This document shows positions 1 to 9,405 of a DNA stretch of 64,000 bases, piece by piece. The DNA is from an uncultured Planctomycetota bacterium. Its GTDB lineage: Bacteria > Planctomycetota > Planctomycetia > Isosphaerales > Isosphaeraceae. Location: the NCBI GenBank assembly GCA_963845755.1, contig CAWJTV010000041.1, forward strand, positions 96,001 to 160,000, written 5' to 3'. A model generated the notes under the pieces. The model did not search any database. It worked only from the letters and a program-made list of their open reading frames with translations, and had not been told where the DNA came from. Positions within the stretch are counted from its first letter, which is position 1, and each line of letters starts with the position of its first letter. The position numbers were made by a program, and so were the translations under genes.

Positions 1-664
1 GCCGGTCCCTCCGCGGCTGCGGCCATCTCGGTCTCGGTCGCCTCTCTCACTGAAGGAGTCCTCAAAGCCATGCTGGTTGCCAAACTGAAAGGGATCGTTC
101 TGGGAATCGGCGCCATGACCGCGGTCGTCTCCGGAGCGGTCGTGCTGGCGCAGCAATCGGTCCGTAGCCGAAAGCCGCGCCGTTGCCGGCCGAGCCCCTT
201 GCTTCACAAGGTGGTGCCTTCCGTCATCCGAGACCGACCGGACGGCTGCCCTGGAGAAGAAGCTCGACCGGGTCCTCGCCGCCCTGGAACGACTGTCGAA
301 GCCGGCAGCCCGTGAACTCGGAGCCCTGCATCCCGCCCCACCGCCAATGCCGGCGCCGGTTGAGCCGTTAGAGCCGCCCCTGCCGGCATCGCCGTCTGCG
401 TTACCGATCGAGCCGGATTCGACGGTTGATGAGGCCATTTCTGTCTCCACGAAGGGCTGTTCCGATTCCGAGGAACCAGGGTTCCATCACCGATCGCCTC
501 AAGGCCGTGGAGCGAGGCTGGACCAGTTAGAGCAAGTCACGGTGCAGCTCAAAGCGGAAGTGGCCGAGTTCCGGAGACGGCTTGGCGGAGCCCCATCGCC
601 AGCGCCTGTTCCACCCAACCGACCATGCCTCCGTCCGCGAGCAGTCCCGGCGATCAAACGTTGA
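1..664 (+). CDS. 3' part of a planctomycete ECF sigma factor with C-terminal extension (5'-partial, frameshifted)
   Basis: Frame from base 1 reads SLTEGVLKAMLVAKLK followed by a hydrophobic helix, the typical junction of extended planctomycete ECFs. Coiled-coil segments (ALEKKLDRVLAAL; RLDQLEQVTVQLKAEV) follow in shifted frames. The sigma domains themselves lie outside the window. Confidence 0.55.
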
Positions 665-801
665 CGGGAGTTGCATGGGCCTGGGTCCACGGACTATCCT
701 CGACATCATCTGGCGGAGCGATGGCTCGGTTCGCGGGACCCTCGGTCCAGGTGCCGATGGCCGCCGAGCCCGCGCTTCGCCGTCGAGGAGACAACCCGAC
801 C

Positions 802-1634
802 ATGATCCCGTCACGACGCATTCTTCCCGTGCTCTTCGGCCTGTGCCTGTTATCATGGGTGGCGTTCGGAGCCGGCCAACAGGTGTTGGTGACGCAAGAG
901 ACCCGGGACCCGTTGCAGAAACAGAAGACGCGGCAGCTCCCCGAGCAGGTCGAGACCGACATCGTGACCCGAGAGGCATACTGCCGGTGGGCTGTCAGTC
1001 CGCCCGTGCTCGACGGCAAGCTCGACGACCGTTGCTGGCAGGACGCGGTGGCGATCGGGCAGTTCGCCTCCTACTGGGATAAGGAGAAAACTCCCCGAGC
1101 CGGGACCACGCCTACATCATGTGGGATGACGAGGCGCTCTACTACGGCGGCACGATGAACGACAACGAACTTCGTTCGTATGGGACGAAGCGGAACGATA
1201 CCCTCTGGGACGGCGATGTGTTCGAGATGTTCCTGAAACCGAATGCCGAGAAGCCCCCGTATTACGAATTCCAGGCCAATCCCCGCGAGTTCATCTTCGA
1301 GTGCTTCTTCCCCAGGCGGGGCGACATTCCCAAGGACTTCACCAAGGCTCCGCGCCTGGGCAACAAGGCGGTTGTCAGCCTGAACGGGACGCTCGACCAG
1401 CCGGGCGACCGCGACAAGGGTTGGGCCGTCGAGGGCCGGATCCCCTGGACGGCGTTCGAGCCCACCGGCGGCAAGCCGAAGTCGGGCGACGTCTGGCGGT
1501 TCGCCATTTGTCGCTACGACTACGGTCCCGAGGGGACCAAGCCCGTCTTGATGAGCTCCGCGCCGCTGACCCGGGCGAACTTCCATCATCATGAGGATTA
1601 CGGCAAGCTCCACTTCGAAGGCCCACGCAAGTAG
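802..1634 (+). CDS. Carbohydrate-binding family 9-like (CBM9/DOMON) exported protein; frameshift near 1110
   Basis: GAGGAG RBS before ATG 802, signal peptide, PVLDGKLDDRCWQDA, then WDDEALY..DVFEMFL..YYEFQANP..WAVEGRIPW..FHHHEDYG motifs across two ORFs. Confidence 0.8.
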
Positions 1635-1730
1635 ACCGTATCCACACGGGAGGGTGGCAACGAGTCGGTCCGGTGAGTTCGCAACAGTCTCGATACATCG
1701 CAAACCGACGGGGAAGCGGATCGAACACAT

Positions 1731-2184
1731 TCACCACAGAGTCCCAGAGCACACAGAGAAGTTCCACACGCGCCGTGATCCAAATCATCGCACGGGGATT
1801 CGTTTCCGCTTGGTAGATTGGCCCGCAAACCAGAATGAATAGAGTCGTCCTCCGTAGGCTCGCTGCGCCGTGTGCGCCTCTGGGGATTCCGAATTCCGGA
1901 TTCGAGATTCCGGATTCCCGGATCATTCCCCTTCGGGAATCCGGAATCTCGAATCGGGAATCCCGATGGGTTGCGGCCGAAGGCCGCGTCAGCGTCGTCC
2001 TCGCGTAGGATCCCTGCGCCGTGCGCGCCTCTGGGGATTCCGAATTCCGGATTCGAGATTCCGGATTCCCGGATCATTCCCCTTCGGGAATCCGGAATCG
2101 CGAATCGGGAATCCCGATGGGGTTGCGGCCGCAGGCCGCGTTAAGTATTTCAGTTTCTCTGTGTGCTCTGTGGCTCTGTGGTGA
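1731..2184. repeat. Composite intergenic element: 30 bp inverted repeats enclosing two tandem ~150 bp palindromic heptamer-repeat units
   Basis: 1731-1760 TCACCACAGAGTCCCAGAGCACACAGAGAA versus 2155-2184 (28/30 reverse-complement match). Units 1844-1993 and 1994-2143 are near identical. Confidence 0.9.
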
Positions 2185-2235
2185 GATATCCGGATTAGTG
2201 CAAAGTTGTGTGGCGATCCGCCGAGCGGCCTCGAT

Positions 2236-5200
2236 TCATCTCGTCCCGCCCGACGCGGGCGGTGGATTGGCCAGCTCGCGCTTCGAGAGCAGGTACGCGA
2301 TCAGTCGATAGAAATCCTCCTCGGGGATTTGATCGACCAGGTTGGCCGGCATCGGAGACAACTGCGAGGTCTGGCGCTCCTGGACGGTCGACCGGGGTAC
2401 GCGGACCTCCTTTCCCTGGGCGTCGGCCAGGACCAGCACCTCGCCCTCCTCGCGCAGCAGAAGTCCCGAGACGACCTGGCCGTTCTCGAGGGAGAGGTTG
2501 GTGGTCCGGAACGCCTGGTCCACGTTGCGATTCGGGTCGAGGATATCCTCGACGAGGCGGTCGACGCCGCGGCTGCCGATGCCGTCGAGTTGCGGCCCGA
2601 TCCGCGCGCCCTTGCCGCCGACCTGGTGGCAGATCCCGCAGTGTTTCTCGAACACGGGGTTCCCGGGTTCGGGCTGATGGGCCGCCGTGCGGAAGCCGGC
2701 GCGTCGGCGATCGATCAAGCGCGCCGAGCTTCTGGTCGGCGGGAGGGAGACCGGCGAGGAGGGATTTGAGCCGCTCCTGCAACCGCCGGGGTTTCGCCTG
2801 CTGGAGCGCCAGGGCGACGCGCTGATCCTGGAGCAATCTCGCCGAAGCCTTGCCGGCCGCGATCGCATCCAGGAGCGCCTCGGCGCCGGCGCGACTGCGG
2901 GCCAGTCCCACGGCGATCGCGGCCTGGAGCGATCCGGGCGCCAGGGAGACGATCTCGACCAGCAGGCGCGGCGCCTCCGGGCGACCGCTCGCGGCGAAGA
3001 GCCCGGCGGCAGTCTCGCGAAGTTCGATCGGCGCGGCCGGGTCACGCAGCACGTTCGCGACGACCGGACCGTTGTTCGCGGGGTCGATCGCCATCAGGGC
3101 CGTCAGCGCGGAGGAACGTTGTGCCGACGGTGCGGTCATCTTCTCCGCGACGTCCTTGAGTGTCCCCTGGACTTCCTTGAGATGGAGCCCGCTGGCCAGC
3201 TCGATCCCCAGGTTCATGGTCCCGGGGTCGTTCGACCCCAGGAGCGATCGGGCATGCGCGACCGCGAGCTCGTGCATCGCCGCGCCCGGTGGCGCCCCGC
3301 GTTCCTGGAACCCTTGATGCGCCGCCTTGATCAGCTCGGCCTGAACGTGTTGGCCGTGCCGCTCGGCGCGGCCGACCAGCCCGGTCAAGCCGCCGATCTG
3401 GTCGAGTGCCCCGTACCGGGCGATGTGGTGGACGAAGCGGAGCTGGTTCTCCGCCGTCTCGTCCGACTTCTGGAGGTAGGCCAGCAAGTACCCGGCCGCT
3501 TGCGGCGACGGGACGCCCAGCGCGACCTCGGCGATGTCGCGGCGATCGCGTTCGGAGAGCCCGAGCGTCTCCAGTCCGCTCCAGACGTCGGCGGTCTTCA
3601 ACTGGTCCCGCAGCGCCATGCGCGTGACGTGGACGAGATGGGTATCGTCGGCCGGGGTTGTCTGGCGGAGGGCCAGCAGCGGGCGGACGTTCGCCAGGGC
3701 CGGATGCGCCCGAGCACTTCGGCCGCGGCGCGGCGGACGAACGGGTCCGTGTCGTTCAGGGCGTGCAGGGCCAGCCCGTGCGACGGCTCCGGAAGCTCAT
3801 TCCGCTCGATCAACGTCTTGAGGTGATGGACTCTCAACTCGCGATCCGGGTCCGTCGCGGCATTGAGCCAGATGGTCTCGTCAACGGCACCCAGACGCTG
3901 CAACACCCACAATCCGTGTACGCGCTGGCGGGCCGGCGATTCGTGCCTCATGATCGAGCGAATCGCGATCGCGACATCCTCACCCCGTTTCCCATGCTCG
4001 ACGAGCTGGTTGGCCGCCGAGAGCCGCACGCTCAGGTTGGGATGGCCGAGGTCGGCGATCAGGTCGTTGACGGAGGACCTGGTCCGATCGATGGCCGGCG
4101 GGGCAGGGGGCTGCTTGCCGTCGGTTCCCCGGTAGACGATCCGCCAGATTCGGCCGCTGGTGCGATCCCGGCCCGGGTGGGTCAGCGACACTTCATAGTG
4201 TCCGATGATCCGGTTGTAGAAGTCGGCGACGTAGAGCGCACCGTCGGGGCCGAGCTCGATGTTGACGGGACGGAACCAGTTATCCTCGCTCCAGACGAAG
4301 TCGGGCTGCTCGATCCCCTTGGGTGTCGAGCCGTGCCACTCGATCCGGTCGTGGTTAACCCGGTTGGTGACGACGTTGCCGATGAAGACCGTGCCGCGAT
4401 ACGCCTCGGGGAACTGGTCGGCCGCGTAATAGCTGATGCCGGCGATCCCCGTCGAGCCGTGGTCGTGGGTCACCATCTCGGGGCCGAAACCCAGGCCGTC
4501 ATCCGGCTTGCCGAAGCTGGGATACCAGGCGCCCCGGAGGAGCTGATAGACCGGTCGGCTGTGACAATCGCAGGAATAGAGGTTGCCCAGCGGGTCGAAC
4601 GCCAGTCCGAATGGGTTGACCTGCCCGTGGGTGAGGTACTCGGCGTGCGAGCCGTCGGGCCGGATCCGGTAGGTGTTGCCCGAGTTCATGTGGATCGATC
4701 GATGGTCGCTCCCCTGGACGTTCGAGTCGTTCGCATAGCCGTGACAGGCGTAGATCCAGCCATCAAAGCCCCAGGTAAACGCGTTGGTCATCCCGTGTGT
4801 GTCGCGATGGCCGATGATGCCGTAGTGCACCTGGCGCACGTCGGCCCTGCCGTCGCCATCGGTGTCCCGCATCAAGTAAATGTTCGGGATGGTGTGGATG
4901 ATCGCCTCCCGGCCGGACGGATACGGCAAGAGACCGATCGGGATGTTCAGACCGTCGGCGAAGGTCTGGATCTTGCCGGCGCGGCCGTCGGGCCGGAACT
5001 CCGAGAGGATCTTCACCGAGTCGCGGCCGGGTGTCCCTTCCGGCTTCGGGAACGGGTATTCGACGGTATCCGTCACCCAGAGCCGTCCGAGGTCGTCGAA
5101 GGCCAGGTTCAGCGGCTTGTGGATCTCCGGCTCCGGCGGCGACCAGTTGAATCTCGAAGCCCGGCGGGACGTGGAGGGCCTTGCGCTCCTCGTCCGGCGA

Positions 5201-5323
5201 TCGGTGCGGGAACGAGGAGACATTCTCGACCGGAGCCGGTTTCTGGGCGCGGACCAGATCCGGGCCAACGGTAAAAAGTGCCATAACGAGGAGCCCGGGC
5301 AGGTACACGCGCGGAATCGGCAT
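2236..5323 (-). CDS. PVC-type heme-binding CxxCH protein (membrane-bound dehydrogenase-like propeller, HEAT repeats, cytochrome c); about 3 frameshifts
   Basis: Signal peptide, VPPGFEIQLVAA(E)PEIHKPLNLAFDDLGRLWV, WGFDGWIY, NPFGLAFD, FRPVNIELGPDGALYVADFYNRIIGHYE, and C-terminal CGICH..IGPQLDGIGSR..SPMPANL. Confidence 0.9.
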
Positions 5324-5536
5324 CACATCTCTCCAGAAGGTCCTTGTCCCGATCACGGGCGGGATTCGGTATCGTCCAAACCTCTGTTTTAGGGCGTCGC
5401 CTCGTTGCGCTCAAGCCATTGGTGACACGGTTGCTCGCGCTGCGGGTCGCGCTGCGAGGTCCTGCCATTCTGGCATCTTGCCTTGTTCGATCGGACGAGG
5501 TCATTGCGTGCCGTCATCCAACGTCGCCGAGGCTGA

Positions 5537-5690
5537 ATGCAAGCATGATCGTGTCGATTGGCTTCGTTTTATCGATTTCGGGCAGGAGTGCGTGACCGTT
5601 TGGAGTCTCTTGGAGCTTGGATGCAAGCATAACCACGACGAACTGGCTTCGTTTTCGCCGTTAGGCGGCGGGGCCTGGTGGGTTTGTTCG
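5537..5690. repeat. Bipartite dispersed repeat ATGCAAGCAT-N12/13-TGGCTTCGTTTT, two copies plus a partial third
   Basis: Copies at 5537-5570 and 5621-5655; partial TGGGTTTGTTCG at about 5679-5690. Confidence 0.6.
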
Positions 5691-5920
5691 CGCGATTCGG
5701 TGCGAAAGTCTGGGTGATCCGCACAATCGATACTTTCCAGATAACGCGATGCAGCGTTCGAGCAGGGTACTCGCTGGATTTCGGACGGCCGACCGTCTGC
5801 ACGGATGGTCACTCAGTGGCACAGACTGGCGACTTTTTGGGCGGCTGAAAATCCGTTTCTCGGCTTGCGACCCGGGGTTGGGGCGTCCGACACGGAAACC
5901 TGGGTCATGGTCTCTCCAGG

Positions 5921-5948
5921 GTGGTCCATGGTCGGTGGCCCGTGGTCA
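5921..5948. repeat. Degenerate heptamer tandem repeat (RTGGTCN x4)
   Basis: GTGGTCC ATGGTCG GTGGCCC GTGGTCA. Confidence 0.55.
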
Positions 5949-6493
5949 GGAATTGTAAGGAAGAGAATGGGGAGATCAGACGGCAGTCTGATGATTCTCT
6001 GATCTGAAGACAAAGCCTTGGGCACGACGGAAGTGATCCGTGAGAACGGGAATCGGGCCTGCGTGGGACGGCATCCTGGGCCGAGCGATCTCAGAGAATT
6101 CCCGCGCAAGACCCCTATAAATAGTATAACGCCACTTTCGAATTCCGTTAATGCACCTACTGTGGAATTGGCCGATTTTTTCGACACAACCCTTGAGATG
6201 ACTGAGCGATACGAAAATCTTGACGATTTTACAACCAGGATGACTCGCGTCCGGCCGATTTCCACGAAGTCATGTTGCGATGTCTCACCAAGTCCCCGGA
6301 CGATCGATTCTCCGACGTCTCCAGGCGCGGGAGAAGGCTCTCTCGGGATGATCGGGATTGGTCCGAGGACGGCGCCGCCGAATGGTGGCGATCCCGGCGT
6401 GAGGGACAAGAGAGTCGGGAGCCGAAGGATCGCAGTTCGTGAGCAATTCCTGCGGAAGGCGACAATTCCGCCCTCTGAAACGTGTCGAGGACG

Positions 6494-6517
6494 CTACGCT
6501 TGCCAGTCACGGGAGAT
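6494..6517 (-). pseudogene. Possible remnant of the HEPN/DUF86 partner gene start
   Basis: Overlapping the MNT stop, the frame reads ATC-SRDWQA-TAG, resembling the MSRDW.. start of DUF86 toxins with the ATG lost and an early stop. Confidence 0.4.
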
Positions 6518-6800
6518 GGATAAGGTCTCGCTCGACTTCCGCCCGCATCGCGGGTCGGAGCGTATCGGGGGTGCCGAGATCGACCGGGCAGTCCAGCATG
6601 TCCTCCAGGTCGAGCTTCAGACCCATGAAGCGGTCGAAGTCGGCTTTTCCGTCGAAGGTCACGAGGTTGTCGACGTCGCTCCCATCCCGATCGTCGCCCC
6701 GAGCGATCGAGCCGAAGACGGCCAATGATCGGATCCCGTAGGACTGGCGCAGGGCGGGAGCCTCGGCTTTCAGACGGTCGAGGATCGCCTTTCGGTTCAT
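6507..6800 (-). CDS. Minimal nucleotidyltransferase (MNT) family antitoxin
   Basis: 97 aa; LAVFGSIARGDDRDGSDVD (GSx10DxD), LKLDLEDMLDCPVDL, LRPAMRAEVERD. TAGAAT -10-like box at 6845-6850. Confidence 0.9.
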   Translation of the reverse strand: MNRKAILDRLKAEAPALRQSYGIRSLAVFGSIARGDDRDGSDVDNLVTFDGKADFDRFMGLKLDLEDMLDCPVDLGTPDTLRPAMRAEVERDLIHLP

Positions 6801-6921
6801 GTCGGCGACTCCGGTCCGGTCAACGAGACGATCTCAACGTCCGGATTCTATCTCATGCGGGAGGACCTGGTCCATTTCGGGACGAAATCGCCGGCGGTGA
6901 GGATCGCCTTCGATCCTCACA

Positions 6922-9405
6922 TTATCCTTTTCGCAGAAGCCAGCGTCGGAACAGCGGTGCACGCAGCCGGAAGTTGTCGCCTTCGGTGACAACGAGCAGC
7001 CGGCGCTTCAGCGAGCCGGCCACGGCGTTATCCGCGGGCGGCGGCTGGGTTTCTCGCATCCGAAAACCCTGGAGGTAGTCGAGCTCGCCCGCCATCCGGT
7101 TCTCGCGGATCAGCAACGCGTGAAATACGATGTCCCCTCGGACGACCGCCTCATCGAGCGCCGACTCCCACATCGTGGCGTCGAGCCGATGCTGGCCGGA
7201 TTCGTTGAGCAAGTCAACCACGGTTTCGGCGATCAACTGCACCAGGTGCGGCCACCCGCCCGCCTCGGCGTGGATGCGCTCGATCCCACCGTCGCCCCAG
7301 AAGGCCGGCGAGAAATGAGGCCGTTCGCGATCGCTCAGCCAGAGGGTCGCGTGCTTGAGTGGCTCGGTCAGGAGGAGCCGCGTTTCGTCCTCGGTGAACG
7401 GCGGGACCTCGACCGTTCGCGCGCTGACGAGGTATGAGGTCCACGGGGCGGCGGTCAACTCCTCGATCTCGTGGCTCCCCGCGAGCAGCCAGGTCAGGTT
7501 CCTGTGCGATTGGATCGACTCCTGAATCAGCGCGAGCAGGTCTTCCGAGAAGACCTTCTCACCGATCTTGCGATCGATGTTCTCATACTCGTCGAGCGCC
7601 AGGATCAACCGCCGATTCTTGTTCGCGAGCGCCCGGTTGCAGTCTGCAAGGAGCCACTCCAGCCCCCGCAGGTCGCCCGGAGGATCGTCCTCCAGTTCAC
7701 ATGCCTTCTGCAGCCGCGTCCCTACCAGTTCGCAGAACGATTGGAGCGAAGTGAACGCCTTCGCTTCCTGCATCGAGATCACGACCACGCGAACGCTGCT
7801 CGGGAGGAACCCGCTCAGATTCTTGAGCACAGTTGACTTGCCCATCCGCCTGCGTCCGTAGAACACGACACCGGGACAATCGGTCGCGAGCATGACATGC
7901 CGCTCCAGTCGGCCGAAAACCCGATCCCGAGGAACGAAAGCCTCCCGATTTCGATCGACGGGCAAGCCCGCGTGGAAGACCTGGACCGTCAGCTCACGGC
8001 TTGCGATGCGACGAATCTCGTCCCGCTGTCGCTCTGCGATGACTCGCCACCGCTCGGCTGCCGCCAGGAACTCGGAGGCGAGCGGTTCTTGAAGTTTGGC
8101 GACTCGATGGCGGAAGTTCTCCACGGCCGTGCACAAGGCTTGCGCATAGGTCTCGCGAAAAACCGGACGGTCCATCGCGTTCAATCGCGTCTGCAACAGC
8201 GCGATCTCGCCGGCCATCCTGCGGACGTCCTCGGTTTCTGCCAGGAACCCCTTTTCTCCCTCCGGGAGACTCGCCACGATCTCGCCGAGGCGTATCAAGT
8301 CGGAGGCCCGTCCCGCCTCGCGGGCCAGGAGCCGCGCCCGCGCGCGCAAGGCGGGCGTCCGCTGGCTCGGGTAGTGGTCGATCAGTCGCTCGATCTCCAC
8401 GATCCCCGCGGAGGGCTCCTGTTCCGCGTAGGCCGCGAGAAGATGGTCCAGGTCTCGGAACGGGACCGAGCAGCAGTCGTCCCAGGCCACAGGGTGGAAG
8501 GGATACCAGTTGAACCGCGCCTTCGGCCAGATGAAGAGCAGACTGACCAGATTGTAGTAGTAACGTAGGACAGCGATCACGACGACGGTCCCGACAGCGA
8601 TCCCGATACCTATGCCGACACCTATCCCGATCGCTATCCCGATGGCGATCCCGACGATGATGCCGACGGCGATCCCGATGGCTATGCCCAACGTGATCCC
8701 GAACGTGATCCCGAACGCGATCTCTCCGGCGCCCTCGAAATTGACGCCGAAGGCGATCCCGAACGGGACACCGAAGGCAATGCCGAAGGCGATCCCGAAG
8801 GCGATCCCGAACGGGACACCGAAGGCGATCCCGAAGGCGATCCCGAATGGGACGCCGAAGGTGATCCCGAAGGCGATCCCAATGGTGATCCCGATGGCGA
8901 ACCCATCGGCGATCCCGATGACAATCCCGAAGGCGATCCCGATGGCGACTCCGATGGTAACTCCGACAGCGAACCCATCGGCGATCCCGACGGCGACCCC
9001 GATCGTGATCCCGAAGGTGACCCCGAAAGTGATGCCATCCGCGCTTCCGATGCCAATCCCGACCCCGATCCCGATGGCGATCCCGATCCCGATCCCAATA
9101 GCCATTCCGACGGCAATCCCGACGCCGTGGGAAAGGAGGGACGCTGTAAGGGTTATGGTGGTTTTTTCGGCCGAAAGGCCGAGTGCCCCGAACAGCAGGC
9201 CGCGACCGAGGACGCAGGTGAGAGCGACGAGAGGCAATGCATGGGCCACCAGCCGCAAGCCGGCTTCGATTTGTTGTGACGTCGCGCCGGTCTGAAGGGC
9301 TTCGTAGAATCGCTTGGGCTTTCGATAGAGCAAAGCGAGCCACCACAGGGCGTGCTTTTGGTCGCTCCAGCGGAGCCGGATCTCGTGCAACGGCCTGGGT
9401 ATCAT
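6922..9405 (-). CDS. Membrane-anchored STAND/AAA-like ATPase (827 aa) with N-terminal Gly-zipper repeat region
   Basis: Start ATG 9405 overlaps the upstream stop (ATGA). Motifs: FHAGLPV..FVPRD, Walker A GRRRMGKST, Walker B LILALDEYE, GGWPHLVQL, C-terminal wHTH-like LKRRLLV..FRLRAPLFRRWL. Confidence 0.85.
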   Translation of the reverse strand: MIPRPLHEIRLRWSDQKHALWWLALLYRKPKRFYEALQTGATSQQIEAGLRLVAHALPLVALTCVLGRGLLFGALGLSAEKTTITLTASLLSHGVGIAVGMAIGIGIGIAIGIGVGIGIGSADGITFGVTFGITIGVAVGIADGFAVGVTIGVAIGIAFGIVIGIADGFAIGITIGIAFGITFGVPFGIAFGIAFGVPFGIAFGIAFGIAFGVPFGIAFGVNFEGAGEIAFGITFGITLGIAIGIAVGIIVGIAIGIAIGIGVGIGIGIAVGTVVVIAVLRYYYNLVSLLFIWPKARFNWYPFHPVAWDDCCSVPFRDLDHLLAAYAEQEPSAGIVEIERLIDHYPSQRTPALRARARLLAREAGRASDLIRLGEIVASLPEGEKGFLAETEDVRRMAGEIALLQTRLNAMDRPVFRETYAQALCTAVENFRHRVAKLQEPLASEFLAAAERWRVIAERQRDEIRRIASRELTVQVFHAGLPVDRNREAFVPRDRVFGRLERHVMLATDCPGVVFYGRRRMGKSTVLKNLSGFLPSSVRVVVISMQEAKAFTSLQSFCELVGTRLQKACELEDDPPGDLRGLEWLLADCNRALANKNRRLILALDEYENIDRKIGEKVFSEDLLALIQESIQSHRNLTWLLAGSHEIEELTAAPWTSYLVSARTVEVPPFTEDETRLLLTEPLKHATLWLSDRERPHFSPAFWGDGGIERIHAEAGGWPHLVQLIAETVVDLLNESGQHRLDATMWESALDEAVVRGDIVFHALLIRENRMAGELDYLQGFRMRETQPPPADNAVAGSLKRRLLVVTEGDNFRLRAPLFRRWLLRKG
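8590..9125 (-). repeat. Intragenic degenerate 12 bp tandem repeat (GGGATCGCCTTC-like) encoding G-I-A-F tetrapeptides
   Basis: Roughly 45 GxxxG units; produces low-complexity shadow ORFs in the other frames. Confidence 0.9.

Noticed and set aside
1844..2143. Tandem repeats as a CRISPR array
   Set aside because: Only two ~150 bp near-identical units, no unique spacers and no cas genes in the window.
2140..2146. GTTAAGT as an integron attC core
   Set aside because: No matching RYYYAAC inverse core, not present in the first unit, and no integrase.
1598..2311. ORFs with GIRNLES/RIPDS repeats, also at 18391-18768
   Set aside because: They are translations of non-coding heptamer arrays.
5700..6490. 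ORFs in the long intergenic region upstream of the CxxCH gene
   Set aside because: No family motifs, atypical composition and mutually overlapping frames.
7994..9346. Pro/Ile-rich, Ser/Gly-rich and Arg/Asp-rich ORFs (8612-9295, 8682-9116, 7994-9346)
   Set aside because: Alternative-frame readings of the 12 bp repeat in the ATPase gene.
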